NCBI RefSeq assembly: GCF_006345805.1
Contig: NC_043001.1
Span: 57,226,001 to 57,290,000, forward strand
DNA length: 64,000 nt
Reading direction: 5' to 3'
DNA from: Octopus sinensis
Lineage: Eukaryota
In this document: positions 38,011 to 50,689 of the stretch, in pieces
Layout: each line of letters starts with the position of its first letter
How positions within the stretch are numbered: the first letter of the stretch is position 1
The notes under the pieces: generated by a model
The model's input: the letters and a program-made list of their open reading frames with translations, nothing else
Database searches by the model: none
Told to the model about the DNA's origin: nothing
Position numbers and translations under genes: made by a program

Positions 38011-39907
38011 ATTTATTTATTAACCACAAATGGTTTATATTAAGAAAACATAAGGAATCATACAAGGCAAAACTATTGAGTGTGTGTGTGTATGTATGTG
38101 CGTTTATTTTTGGAGGATTTTATCTGTAAACAGGTTTAAATAAAAAAATAAAATGAAAGTAATCATAACATTTGAACAATGCGTAACTCTAAATAGGGAA
38201 GAGATTGTGAGAGCTACTCATTGAAAAACCCCATGAAACCACGGGTGCCCTGTCTTTTGGGGCTGGTACCTTTTCTTAGTTCAATCTCTCCGACATACAG
38301 GTGTATGCTCCAAGCAGACCCATTATGTGGGTGATGTCACCACTCCCATCCATCTTTTAGCAAAATGGTTGGAAGGAAAACTTACTAGTGTGGAAGGGCA
38401 GTTTGTCCGTTTCTCCAGTTTGAAGAGGAGTGTTTCCACCAAGACATTCTCAAGTATTCGCTAGGGAATTTTCCAAAACAGGTACTGATTTCCGTTGAAA
38501 TTTAGTTTTTATGTGTAGTGTATGTGTCTTGGATTAATCGAATGATTCGTATTTATGGAGATATTTGGATTTGTGGGCGTTTAAAAATCTGTTTACGTGA
38601 TATTTGTGTGTGCTTTTATGTAATTCATGAATCTTGCACCTTTTGTGTTTATTGTCATGTAGTTTGCAATTGTATCGCCGTTATTATTTTCCTCTGCAAT
38701 TTTTGTATGTATGGGGTTTCATCGTTGTCTTTTGTTCATGTTCTTTTTATTCTTTCTTTTCTCCTTTTCTTTTCTATTTTCCGCTCCTCCTACAGGTGGA
38801 GTTGGATCTCAGTAGGATACAAAACTTGTACTGTGCAGAGCAGCCAACCATACTGTGATAGAAGAGTAACAATAAACAAACAAAGGGAAAAAAGGAAGAA
38901 AAGGAGGAAGGAAGAAAGAAAGAAATGAAGGAAATAAGAAAGTAATGAAGGAGGAAAGAAAGAATGAATGAAAGAAAAGAGAAGGCATGAAAAAAGAAGG
39001 GAAGAAAGAAAAAGAAAACGACTATATGTCAAATTTTTGTCGAAATTTTTCACTGGCGGTCTTTAATTTAACCTATGAAGAAGCTGGGATAACACTATGT
39101 ATGAACTGTCCAATTTCAATCAGTATAGGTATTGTTTTTAGATTTTTAAAACAAGTAAATGGATATTATGTTCTGGATCACAGGTCTGATATAATTTCTT
39201 TCAGCATTGAGCGTATTTGAAATCCTAAGTTATTTTAACACTCTAAAAGTGACGTTTCTTTTTGTCTGTTCTTTGTAAAAGAAAGAGAAACTTATTTGTG
39301 AAACAGCTTTACACAATGCTTATTTTTCCGAGGAAAAAATTCATAGACCGATACTATGTATTGTTTAATATACTGGAGAATGCGCAGTTGCTATGTGAAA
39401 AAACGGAAATGATTTCGTTTCGCAAACATCATGGCAACCATGATGTCACGTTGTTATTTTTGATAACATATTCATTCGACATATCAGAACTGGTTGTTGG
39501 AATATTAATGTTTTGTATCATGCTCAGATCCTAACAGTATATTGAATAATTTAATGAACATTCTGCTTTGTTTGTATTATGCAGGTGAATTGCATCATTT
39601 TCTTGATTCCGAAATATCTATAATGTGTATGGCTAGGGCTTTCCCTAGCCATTTTTCTACATGGTAAAAATGAATGTCGAAATCTAAAAATGAAAACCTT
39701 ACCTTTTCTTGCATCAACCGTATACGAGTAGACTATGCTTCTTGAAACAATCTGCATGCAAGTAGGTTTAACAAATTCTATTCTATTTTACTCAGAAGGT
39801 GCTTGAAATCCACCTCCATGAAAAAATCGAATATAAGAATAGCAGCAGTAGCAGTAATAATTACAACAGAAACAACAAGAACAACAATAATAATAACACA
39901 ATAATAA

Positions 39908-40080
39908 AGTACCAAGCAGCGGCGCTTATGGCTTCTGATCTCAACTGATTGTCAGTGTTAATAAGTACATCTGTCTTGATGTATAATTTATGCTGCAGCA
40001 AACATTCTGCTCAATATCTCAGAATTGCTTCTCGGTTGACTAGTTGACCCTTTCCCTAAGTGTTTCAGTGGCGATGGCTT
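39908..40080 (+). mobile_element. Diverged 5' fragment related to the 18349-18902 element
   Basis: GTACCAAGCAGCGGCGCTTATGGCTTCTGATCTCAACTGATTG...CAGCAAACATTCTGCTCAA aligns with its 5' end. Confidence 0.65.
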
Positions 40081-40289
40081 AAGAGTTTATAATCCCATAT
40101 TTCCTCTGTACCTGCAAAACTGTTTGTCATCAATTCGTGGCATGTTTTATTTATTCTACTATTGTTGGTGCTACCTTCTTTGTGACTAGTGTTTCTTGAA
40201 TATAAGTGTGGGGATAGTGTGGATAATCTTTCGGTGATCGATGCACGCCATGCTTAGACCTTTCTTTTTCTTTAGGTTATTATTATTTT

Positions 40290-40321
<32 letters not shown>

Positions 40322-40451
40322 TTGATATTTACTTTTAATATGCATGTTGTAATTACTTACCGAGACTCCTCCAGCACTCTAGGGCAAGTGAAGGATAAAA
40401 GATGTGACAGTATAACTCAGCAACTCCATCATCATCATCATTATTATTATT

Positions 40452-40483
<32 letters not shown>

Positions 40484-40549
40484 TAGTAGTAGTAAGGCGG
40501 GAATCGGATAACATCGTTACAGCGTCGTAATAATTTAATTCAGTGCTGT

Positions 40550-40960
40550 AAGGCGGCGAGCTGGCAGAAACTTTAGCACGCCGGACAAAATGCTTAGCGG
40601 TATTTCGTCTGCCGTTACGTTCTGAGTTCAAATTCCGCCGAGGTCGACTTTGCCTTTCATCCTTTCGGGGTCGATTAAATAAGTACCAGTTACGCACTGG
40701 GGTCGATATAATCAACTTAACTCGTTTGTCTGTCCTTGTTTGTCCTCTCTGTGTTTATCCCCTTGTGAGTAGTAAAGAAATAGGTATTTCGTCTGCCGCT
40801 ACGTTCTGAGTTGAAATTCCACCGTGGTTGACTTTGTCTTTCATCCTTTCGGGGTCGATGAAATAACTACCATTTACGCATTGGGGTCGATGCAATCGAT
40901 TTAATCACTTGTTTGTCCCTTTTATGTTTAGTCCCCAGTGGGCAATAAGCAAATAAAAGA
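40550..40960 (+). mobile_element. SINE family A, head plus two tandem body/tail units
   Basis: GGCGGCGAGCTGGCAGAAAC...GAGTTCAAATTCC (B box); the second unit restarts at GGTATTTCGTCTGCCG (40782). Confidence 0.92.
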
Positions 40961-41044
40961 ATTGAATAATTTTGTGCTGTATTATTCTGGCCCATGTCAG
41001 TCATGTTTCAAATTCCACTGAGAATAACTTGCCGTTTAATCATT

Positions 41045-41245
41045 GAAAACGAAGTGTGTTGGCAGAATTCTTAGCACGAAGGAGAAAATGATTTGCAGTA
41101 TTTCGTCCATCATTACGTTCTGTATTCTTAATTCTGCCGAGATCGACACTGCCTTTCAACTTTTGGAGGTTTATGAAATAAGTAATCAATTAGCTCCTCC
41201 CCAAAAGGAAATAAGTAATCAATTAGCTCTTCCCTAAAATTTCTC
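41045..41245 (+). mobile_element. SINE family A (old copy)
   Basis: TTGGCAGAATTCTTAGCACG...GTATTTCGTCC...GAGATCGACACTGCCTTTCA. Confidence 0.7.
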
Positions 41246-41329
41246 TGCACTTTTCCCGATCCTTTAACTAATTTTATATTCTATTGTTTTCTAAAGCAAT
41301 TTCTTAGTTAAAACTAACGAATGATTCTC

Positions 41330-41830
41330 TACCATTTCATTGAAGTATCTCTAGATGTGCAAAGAAATTCGGTCGTGAGATTCTTTTTGGAGCGTGGACA
41401 ACAACTAATCTGAAAGTTCCACCGTTCTCCTCCTTGCATTTTACAACCAAGACCACTAATCTACTGACCAGGTTCAGGAAAACCGTACTTGATCCAGTCC
41501 AACCGAAGGAAGTATAAATCTCGTAACCAGAAAGACGGCAAGCGACTGCGTTTCCGAAATCCATGTTTTATCAATGTCTTCTGCATTAAGATGGAATGAC
41601 CTAAGGTCGTTGAATATGTGACCCTCCTTTTCACGCTGCCTCCAGATCATGTACTGTTTTCAACCTAATCCCACAATTGCTACAAAAAAGCAAAGAAACA
41701 AATGAGGAGTCAGTCACGTACCCTAGCCTTGTGTTGGGTATTCCTCGAAGACTTGCAAGATTTTCAAGATCCTGTCATTTGATAAGCTCGTGAAACCGCC
41801 CACAACCTGTAGAAAACGATTTTGCAAAAC
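41330..41830 (-). mobile_element. Tx1/L1-clade ORF2 N-terminal APE endonuclease fragment
   Basis: GHIFNDLRS...ISET..GYEIYTSFG...RLVVLVV..GGTFRLVVVHAP..FFAHLE. Confidence 0.7.
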
Positions 41831-42514
41831 ACAATACATAGTCGAACACGTTCTTACGCTTCTGGTATTTTGGAAATAGTAAAAACATCAAAGATCTCAA
41901 AGGTTGTCACAACTTAATCTTTATTACAAACGCCATCAATGTGTCATTCTTTCAGAGAAATGTGTTACTGAGATGCACATGCATGGGCTTTCGCTTCAGC
42001 TGGTAGCTAGATGATCACCTAGTTGAGTGATTTCGACTTGTTCGAGGCCACTTCTATATCTGAGGAGTCATTAAATTTCGTTTGATTTCTTATCTATCTG
42101 CTCTTGTATTTGCCATTGTAGTGCTCTTGTATTTGCCATAAGTGGTTGAGAGTGACCTAAATATAAGTCAGGAAGGAAATAACGAAACAGAGGGGAGGAA
42201 TGTTGGACCACAAGCATTGACTGAAAGGCGACCATTTGCCGAAACCACTCAAGAACCTGAAGAAAAAAGAAAATATAATGACCCTAGAAAAAACAACCAG
42301 GAAAGTAGCAGACACATACTGTGGTCGACCTAATCAACTTTCCCACTTCCCCCAAATTTCTGGCCTTGTGCCTAGAGTAGAAAAGAATATCTTATGTTTT
42401 AATCACATCCGTTTCCTCTTGTTGAAATCCACTTATTTGTGATACTTGCGAATTGTGTTTCATTTTCCTTTTATAATTTTTCATGTTATTGTTGTTGTTG
42501 TTGAGGCTGTCATT

Positions 42515-42670
42515 GAATAATATACTCTTTTATTCTTTTACTTGTTTCAGTCATTTGACTGTGGCCATGCTGGAGCACCGCCTTTAGTCGATCAAGCACA
42601 TCGGCCCCAGGACTTATTCTTTGCAAGCCTAGTACTTATTCTATCCGTCTTTTTTGCCGAATTGCTATGT
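42515..42670 (-). mobile_element. SINE family B 3' half
   Basis: CTTGTTTCAGTCATTTGACTGTGGCCATGCTGGAGCACCGCC...CCCCAGGACTTATTC matches 869-1020. Confidence 0.8.
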
Positions 42671-43019
42671 TACTATTGTTTTCCTCGCTGATCATGCTTA
42701 TGCTATAAGCGCAATTGCCAAAGCTGATACTACTGCCGCTGATAATTCTATTATGGTTGTCGTTGGATTTATGACTGTTATTGTTGGAGTTGTCGCGGGT
42801 TATACTGGTGTTAGTGGTCTTGTTTTTGTCATGATTGTCATAGATTTTGCTACTTTCAAGGGAATGTTAACTGTCTCGCATGGCTGACTAGCGATATTTC
42901 CAGCGTAGGTTCCACATGTGATGTCAATAATAAAAAAAAATATTTTCTATATTTGACACAAGGCCTGTAATATAAGTTTTTTGTGCAGCCTAATAATGAT
43001 TCTGCCCGCTCACCACCTT

Positions 43020-43240
43020 AGAAATACAGATTTTGACGTTTGGCACAAGGCCAGCAATTTTAGGTGGTTGCGTGTAAGTCGATCACATTGACGCCAGTGT
43101 TTCACAGGTACATATTTCATCGAACCAAAACAGATGAAAAATGCAAAGTCGACCATGGTGGCCTTTGAATCCAGAAAGTAAAGTCGGAAAAATAGCGCTA
43201 TTTTGCCCGACGTGCTAACGATTCTGCTAGCTCACCGCAT
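43020..43240 (-). mobile_element. SINE family A
   Basis: Reverse complement GCGGTGAGCTAGCAGAATCGTTAGCACGTCGGGCAAAA...GTCGACTTTGC. Confidence 0.8.
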
Positions 43241-43244
<4 letters not shown>

Positions 43245-43326
<82 letters not shown>

Positions 43327-43480
43327 TTACAACTACTGCTACTACTACTACTACTACTACTACTACTAGTACTACTGCTACTACTACTACTACTACTACT
43401 ACTATACTACTACTACTACTACTACTACTACTATTACTACTACTACTACTACTACTACTACTAATAATAATAATTTTTTT
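43245..43480. repeat. (ACT)n microsatellite
   Basis: Directly visible. Confidence 0.97.
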
Positions 43481-43639
43481 TAACCACTATTACCGCTGCT
43501 ATTGCCACTGCCGCTGCTACTGCTGATAATAATATTGCTGCTGCTACTACAACTACTGCAGCTGCTGCTGCTAATAATGATAAATGCGACTCCTGTATGA
43601 AGATCAGGGGTTAAAAATAAATAAATAGATATTTTTAAA

Positions 43640-46325
43640 AAATGACAATTTAATAATAATTTAACTTTATTTGAAAAGAAAAATTCAAACAGTACACCGA
43701 ATCGCTTGTCCAATGGTTATTCAGGAAGCGCGCCTGTCAGGAAGCTGTCAGCCTGATGGCAAAAAATTTTCAAATGGCAGAATATCTTCTCCGAATACGA
43801 ACCTGGAAGGTCACTTAAACGGGTTTTGTCCCAAATTAAGCCCCCAAAATTCACCACCACAACGACCACAAAATCAAAAATGTAAAAGGACTAAATGGAA
43901 CCGGGAAGAATATATGCTTATTACTTTGCATTAAATAGGCCAACCCAAGAGAAACACACTGCAAACTCCTACAGAATTTGGTGGAGTCGGAATCCAGCTA
44001 GCAGACCAAACCTGGATGAAAACAGATTAGCAAATGTTAGAAGAAATATCTTCAGAAATACCGGACTCACAGATGCAGGATTAACCTCTATTAAAAAAAG
44101 TGGTTGAGAGTGACCTAAATATAAGTCAGGAAGGAAATAACGAAACAGAGGGGAGGAATGTTGGACCACAAGCATTGACTGAAAGGCGACCATTTGCCGA
44201 AACCACTCAAGAACCTGAAGAAAAAAGAAAATATAATGACCCTAGAAAAAACAACCAGGAAAATGATGTCGAAACAGAATTTGAAGACCACATATTTCCT
44301 GAACAACACAGAAAATCTATCATTGAAATGAAGCAGGAAGTTCTGAATGAGCTTGCAGCTGTAGGGCATACAAATATTGAATGGTAGGGAACCACTCCAT
44401 AAACTCTCAAATGCACACCAACATAAAACACAAATGATAATTGGCAACTGCCTTATACAAGAAATCACACAACAACTAAAACCCGATCTTAATAAGTTAA
44501 ATGAAATTATTTACTCTGTTGCTAAGGTAATCGAAAGACGCTGTTTAACTCCCCAAAAGCCAACAGTACCAAATTCGAAAAGAAAATCAAACTGGAGAAG
44601 TAGAATTGAAACTGAAATTGAATCATTGCGGAGGGAGATATCAATATTAACTGAGCTAATCTCTGGAAATGGTGTAAGATCAAGAAAAAGCAGAAAGATT
44701 GTGAGAAAATATGGACTCTCAACAAGAGAAGCACTAATCTCAGCGAAAGAAACACTTAAATAAAAAGTTCAGGCAAAGGCTCAGAGAATACACAGAATAA
44801 TAATAATTTTTTTTAACCACTATTACCGCTGCTATTGCCACTGCTGCTGCTACTGCTGATAATAATATTGCTGCTGCTACTACAACTACTGCAGCTGCTG
44901 CTGCTAATGATGATAAATGTGACTCCTGTATGAAGATCAGGGGTTAAAAATAAATAAATAGATATTTTTTTTTTAATATTGGCATAAATAATAAAATAGT
45001 GCGATGCAGTACAAAATAAACTACAAGCAAAATAAAATGTTCAAATCCAATGACAAATCATTTTACAGGGAAATAGGGATGAGAAAATAACCACTGAAAA
45101 TCCACTCCTAATGGAAGAAGTTGAAAACTTTTGGAAAGAGATCAGGAGTGATGAGAAACCATACAATGAAAATGCAGACTGGATCAAAGGCACCCAAAAA
45201 TCTACAAGAACAGGTATGGGAAGACATCTCAATCGCCGACCTAAGGAGGGCTCTAACAGAGGCTCATAAGTGGAAATACCCTGGTATTGCCAGAGTACCA
45301 AATTTCTGTCTCTCATCACTCTCGTCCGCAAACAAAATGTTAGTAATACTATTCAATAGTATTATGAAAGACCCGGATAAAAAACTTCCCATTGGATGGC
45401 AAATGGTATTACTAACCTCCTCCCCAAAAATAACGAAACGAAAGACCCAAAAAACTACCGGCCTATAACATGTTTGTCTATTACCTATAATATTTTGACA
45501 TCTATTCTAGTGGAGAAAACATATACGTTTATGGGAAAGAATAACCTCTTTCCCACTGAACAAAGAGGATGCAGACGAGGCTCATACGAATGCAAAGATC
45601 AGCTTCTAATTAATCGCATGATCCTTGAGAACTGCCATAACAAGCGCAGAAGTCTCAGCTCTTCATGGATTTATTATGTTGTTTCCATATGCAGATTCCT
45701 TGCGCCTACAGAGTATCTCATCATGACATGATAGAGCTGCACAATATATTCACTGGGTAATTTGCAAAGACATGATAAAAACTGATGGGAACACAAACCA
45801 CCTGCAGTGCTTGAAAATGATCGCATCTCCTCAAGAACTTCACCGTTCAAACTGACAGAAAGATAGATGCAAATGGCCCAACATTCACGCCTTCTCATTG
45901 ATATGATTATCCCAAACAATATAAACGTATCCGTGAAGACTTACCAAAAACTAGCAAGCATAATGATCTTGAAATAGAAATTGGCAAAATGTGGAATCTC
46001 AAAGACTAACACAATACCTGTTGCCATAGGTGCCATAGGAATGATAGCAAAAAGGGCTGATTCTCAGTAAACCCCAAAATTGCAGAAGTGCAAAAGGCAG
46101 TGCTCATGAGAACTACCCATATCCTACGTGAAATACTGTCTATGTAATCTCAAATTTTAAAACAAGTTCATCATTTCCCTATGTTTTTTAAACATCCTTT
46201 ATAACAATACTATGTGCAAAATCAAATATATGTTATCCTAGGCATAACACCAACATGATCATCTAACTTGTCTCTTGAGGTGAGACTTGGAGTCAACTTG
46301 TACAAATACAAAGCGAAAGTCAAAC

Positions 46326-46396
<71 letters not shown>

Positions 46397-46424
46397 AAAA
46401 TAAAAAATAATAATAATAATAATA

Positions 46425-46483
<59 letters not shown>

Positions 46484-46493
46484 GATGATGATG

Positions 46494-46558
<65 letters not shown>

Positions 46559-46580
46559 TATGATGATAATAATGATTTTT
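43640..46580 (+). mobile_element. Chimeric, deleted Dong/R4 element (family 5 5' part plus family 1 3' part) with (AAT)n tail
   Basis: KWNREEY...RLANVRRNI, WKYPG, YRPITCL...DQLLINRMILE, then an abrupt jump at about 45672 to family 1 CCHC/RLE and 3'UTR sequence; tail at 46325-46580. Confidence 0.85.
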
Positions 46581-46960
46581 TTAATTTACCACGAGGGCGA
46601 AAGCTGAGGGGGAAAATACAGAGACAGACATAACGTTTGGGGGTATACATATAATACTGAAAAAATAAATAAATAAAAAATAATAATAATTTATGTACTA
46701 GATTCAAGAGCCAGAGAGCACCAAGAGACTTAGGATAATACAAGAACAAAGGAGAATGGTGATATACATAAAAACAACTTAAAGCTTAACCCAATAACAG
46801 TTTCTGGAAATTATGAATGGTTATCGGTCTCAAAGTTTTTCAGAAAAGACCAGCCAATTGATATGTATTAATGGACAGTTATTTCCCGAGGACGTCATCG
46901 CTTTTACTACTTCCTAATCTTCTACAGAATACGACGAAGCAAAATCTACGGACTATTCCC
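46575..46960 (-). mobile_element. Probable Tx1/L1-type 3'UTR/tail fragment
   Basis: Reverse complement ATGTCTGTCTCTGTATTTTCCCCCTCAGCTTTCGCCCTCGTGGTAAATTAAA resembles the tail at 32458-32520. Confidence 0.45.
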
Positions 46961-47589
46961 TATTGGCATAAATAATAAAATAACGCGATGCAGTACAAAA
47001 TAAACGTTAAAGTGTGGTGTGGAATAAACGATATCATCGACCAAGTATTTAGGAAAAAAATTCGAGGTGTATATCAATTTATAATCCAATGAGTGAGAAT
47101 TTCATTGGAGCATCTGTAGAAGGAGGAAATGAAAGAATTTTTCGAAGAAATAGGCAGGACCACTCAAAAGCTAACGCACGAAAATTTGGTGAAAACAGAA
47201 GCAGAAGCTTGGCCTTCTGAACATGATGTTTGTCGTCTCTGAGATGACGAATGTGATTGGAGATATACTGTACAGAAGACCGATTCAAAGACGAAATAAG
47301 AAAAACCTATGAAAACATTGAATATGATTACGTATTTATAACTAAATGAGCAAATATATAAAATTATGTACATATAAAATGTGTGTCGGATTATACAGGT
47401 GTATACAGAAGTCAGCTTTAAATGAAACGAACTTCAACAATGCAATTTCTCAAATCTCTTAGAATGTATAGCCTTCAAGACTCATATATGTTTATACACG
47501 CGCGTGTGCGTCCAAACGCTGAAAAGACACACAGGCACCAAAGCGCACACGGACATACACAAAAGCATATAACTTGAAACAAAATTTAA

Positions 47590-47732
47590 GGCACACACAC
47601 ACGCACACACACATACACACAAACACACACACATGTATATATCCATATTTGTAAATATATCTATCTGTTTCTGTCTGACTCTCTGTGTATCTATTGTCGA
47701 TCATTCTATCTATCTACCCTCTCTTTCTTTTT

Positions 47733-47815
<83 letters not shown>

Positions 47816-49067
47816 TATATAAGCATATACATTTATGCGTATGAACGTTTCAATATACAGACACAAGTGCGCACACATGTATGCATTTATGTCAGTACGT
47901 AAATTTGTAAGTATATATATAAATATGTCTGTGTGTGTGTACTTCTGTGTGTGTATGTGCATACGCGCGTGCGTTTATGCGTGTTTTGTAACTCTTTGTG
48001 TCTGTGCGAAACAAATCACAATCTCCGCGGCAGGATACGGCACTCCGTGAACTAGCTGGGATAATGTATTTTGGAAGAGTGTGTTAAGTGCTAAGCAAGA
48101 AAATATTGGAGGTCGTTCAGTAACATCTAACTTCCATTTTGCTAGCGTGCACTCATGCGATATTTTTGATGATAAACTTCTATCATATCGCTAGAAATCT
48201 ATTCATGTGAACAATAACAAAATACCTATGTGATATAGAAATGTTTTACATCGCAAATATTCATTATCGAAACCTACATCTATCTTACATGTCTTCATCA
48301 ATGCATGTAGCAAGAGAGGCATGGAGGAAAATTATTGTACATAAATATTTCTCTCACCCTTTCTCTATCATTCTGTCTGTCTCTCACTATTTCTGTCTCT
48401 CTTTCTTTCTCTCTTTCACTTACACACTCACTCACACTCTCTCTCTCTCTTTCTGTCTCAATATATCGCTGAGACAGAGAGTGAGTGTGAAAGAAAGGAG
48501 AGACAACGAGAAAGAAAATGATGTCCGTGTGATACGTTTCAAATTTCATTTATTATGATTTTTATTGTTTTTTATGTATATCTATGTATACGACTCTATG
48601 CATGTTTGACTTCTCATGATACATAAGCTTTTTATAAAAAATTACTGGGATGAATGGAACAAATGTCTAATGCAAGAAAATAGAGTATTTTAATGATGAA
48701 TTAAAAATAAGATTGGAACTAAAATACGGCGAAAGACATAATGACGTTCGAAGAAAGATAGCAAATTCATGATCAAAATGTAGAAAACCACAGGAAAACT
48801 AATGAAATGTTGGAGTTATCTAACCGATAAATGCGCATGTTAGTATGTGTTTTAAGTGTGTGTATGTATGCATGTAAGTATGTATGTAAGTAGGTATGCA
48901 TGGATATATGTGTATATGTGCACAAATATGTAATATATGTCACAAGTGTATATGCATGTGAATATAATATATATATTATATATACAAATATATATTATAT
49001 GCACACATATATATATATATATATGTCAGGTGTATATGCATGCCTATATGTGTTGTATATACATATT

Positions 49068-49121
<54 letters not shown>

Positions 49122-49617
49122 TATATATAATATGCGTGTGTTTGGGCGCTTATATATTAGGATATATAGAAATCTATATATATTTTGGATACAAAGAAGA
49201 AGCAAATGGAACTGAACAATATATTTTTTTATAGCGTAAACATAGAAATATGTAGGAAATGAAATATTAAAATATATAAATAATTAAATAAAGAAAGAAA
49301 TAAAGAAAATGGGAGTATGACAGTTAGTAATTTTGAAAGTTTCTATAGAGACGATATGTTATAGACGTAAATGATGTTTATTATGTTTTTTTTTCTATAA
49401 ATCGGCTTTCTATATCAGGTAACACTGAAATCATTTTGCATCACTTCTTATTGATTTCATAATAGTTTGCTGAAGTTTTGGTTTGGTCGTTTTTTCCTTC
49501 ATTTTATTAAGTATTTCTTTTTCCCTTTCAGGCAGCTTCCTTTGTGTATCTCCCTCATGAGTTACGAATAGAAATTTATGTAATTGCATATCATATATAT
49601 AATATATATATATATAT

Positions 49618-49660
<43 letters not shown>

Positions 49661-49750
49661 AGACAGATATGTGTGTGTATGCACACACACACACACACAC
49701 ACACACACTCATATATATACTTATATATAAATATGTACACACATACATAC

Positions 49751-49807
<57 letters not shown>

Positions 49808-49850
49808 CTTATGTACACATACATTCGTACACACATACACACAGCTACAT
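47590..49850. repeat. Cluster of (CA)n, (CT)n, (TA)n and (GA)n microsatellites
   Basis: Blocks at 47590-47810, 48900-49180 and 49590-49850. Confidence 0.85.
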
Positions 49851-50689
49851 ATAAATATTATAGCGTTCTTTATTTGTAAGAAATTGCTTCATGTTTCATG
49901 CTAGGAGAAAAGCATCTGAATCAACTCCGGTCAAACACTGACACTCTTACACGGAAGACATCATGTTTGCTTACGAATACCTACCAGGAAGTTAACATTG
50001 TATGAGAGCAGACTCTATTTGCGAGTGAATGTTTGTCTCGCCTGGAAAGCTCTTAATTTCCTTAAGACGGTTAGATAAGTAGCTTATAAGCATATTCTGT
50101 TGTATGGATATTATTCAGTAATGTGCACATACTCCTGTGTTTCCATTTTTCATTTTGAAGTTTAATTATGTAGTTATCCTGTAGAGATTTGACGATACGC
50201 TTAGAATTATATCAAAACGTACAGGTGTGTCTTTATTGTGGAAGTACGTATAAAAATTTAGTGCACTAATTGACTGTGAAAGATCTGTTCTGGAATCTAA
50301 ATTATTGCTGGAGCCCTTCAACTACAGCAGATTGCGACTTACTTTTCCTGTAAAGAGACGGTATTTCTTTGACCTAGTCACACCTGGCTTTCATCTCAGG
50401 AAAATCTTATGTTTGATGCCCTAAGCGGTGTTGTTAGACCTCATTTTACAAATGTCTCTTGCTAATTTCGTTTATGCTTTTCTTTTATTCAGAAATGACA
50501 GATTTTCTCTATATAGAATAAACTTCGAAGTGCTTAAAATATTTGAAATTTAGTCAGCGAGATGCGTAAATGTAATGAGAAGCAAGTTAGGCAAGTTAAT
50601 TTACACAGAATATAACACATTTAATAGAAAAAATGTACGTGTGTATATATATCAAATAGTCCAACGTACGGAATATAAATGATGTCAGG

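Noticed and set aside
38150-38500. GC-richer block that might be LINE ORF1 or an exon
   Set aside because: Stops in the frames examined and no recognisable motif.
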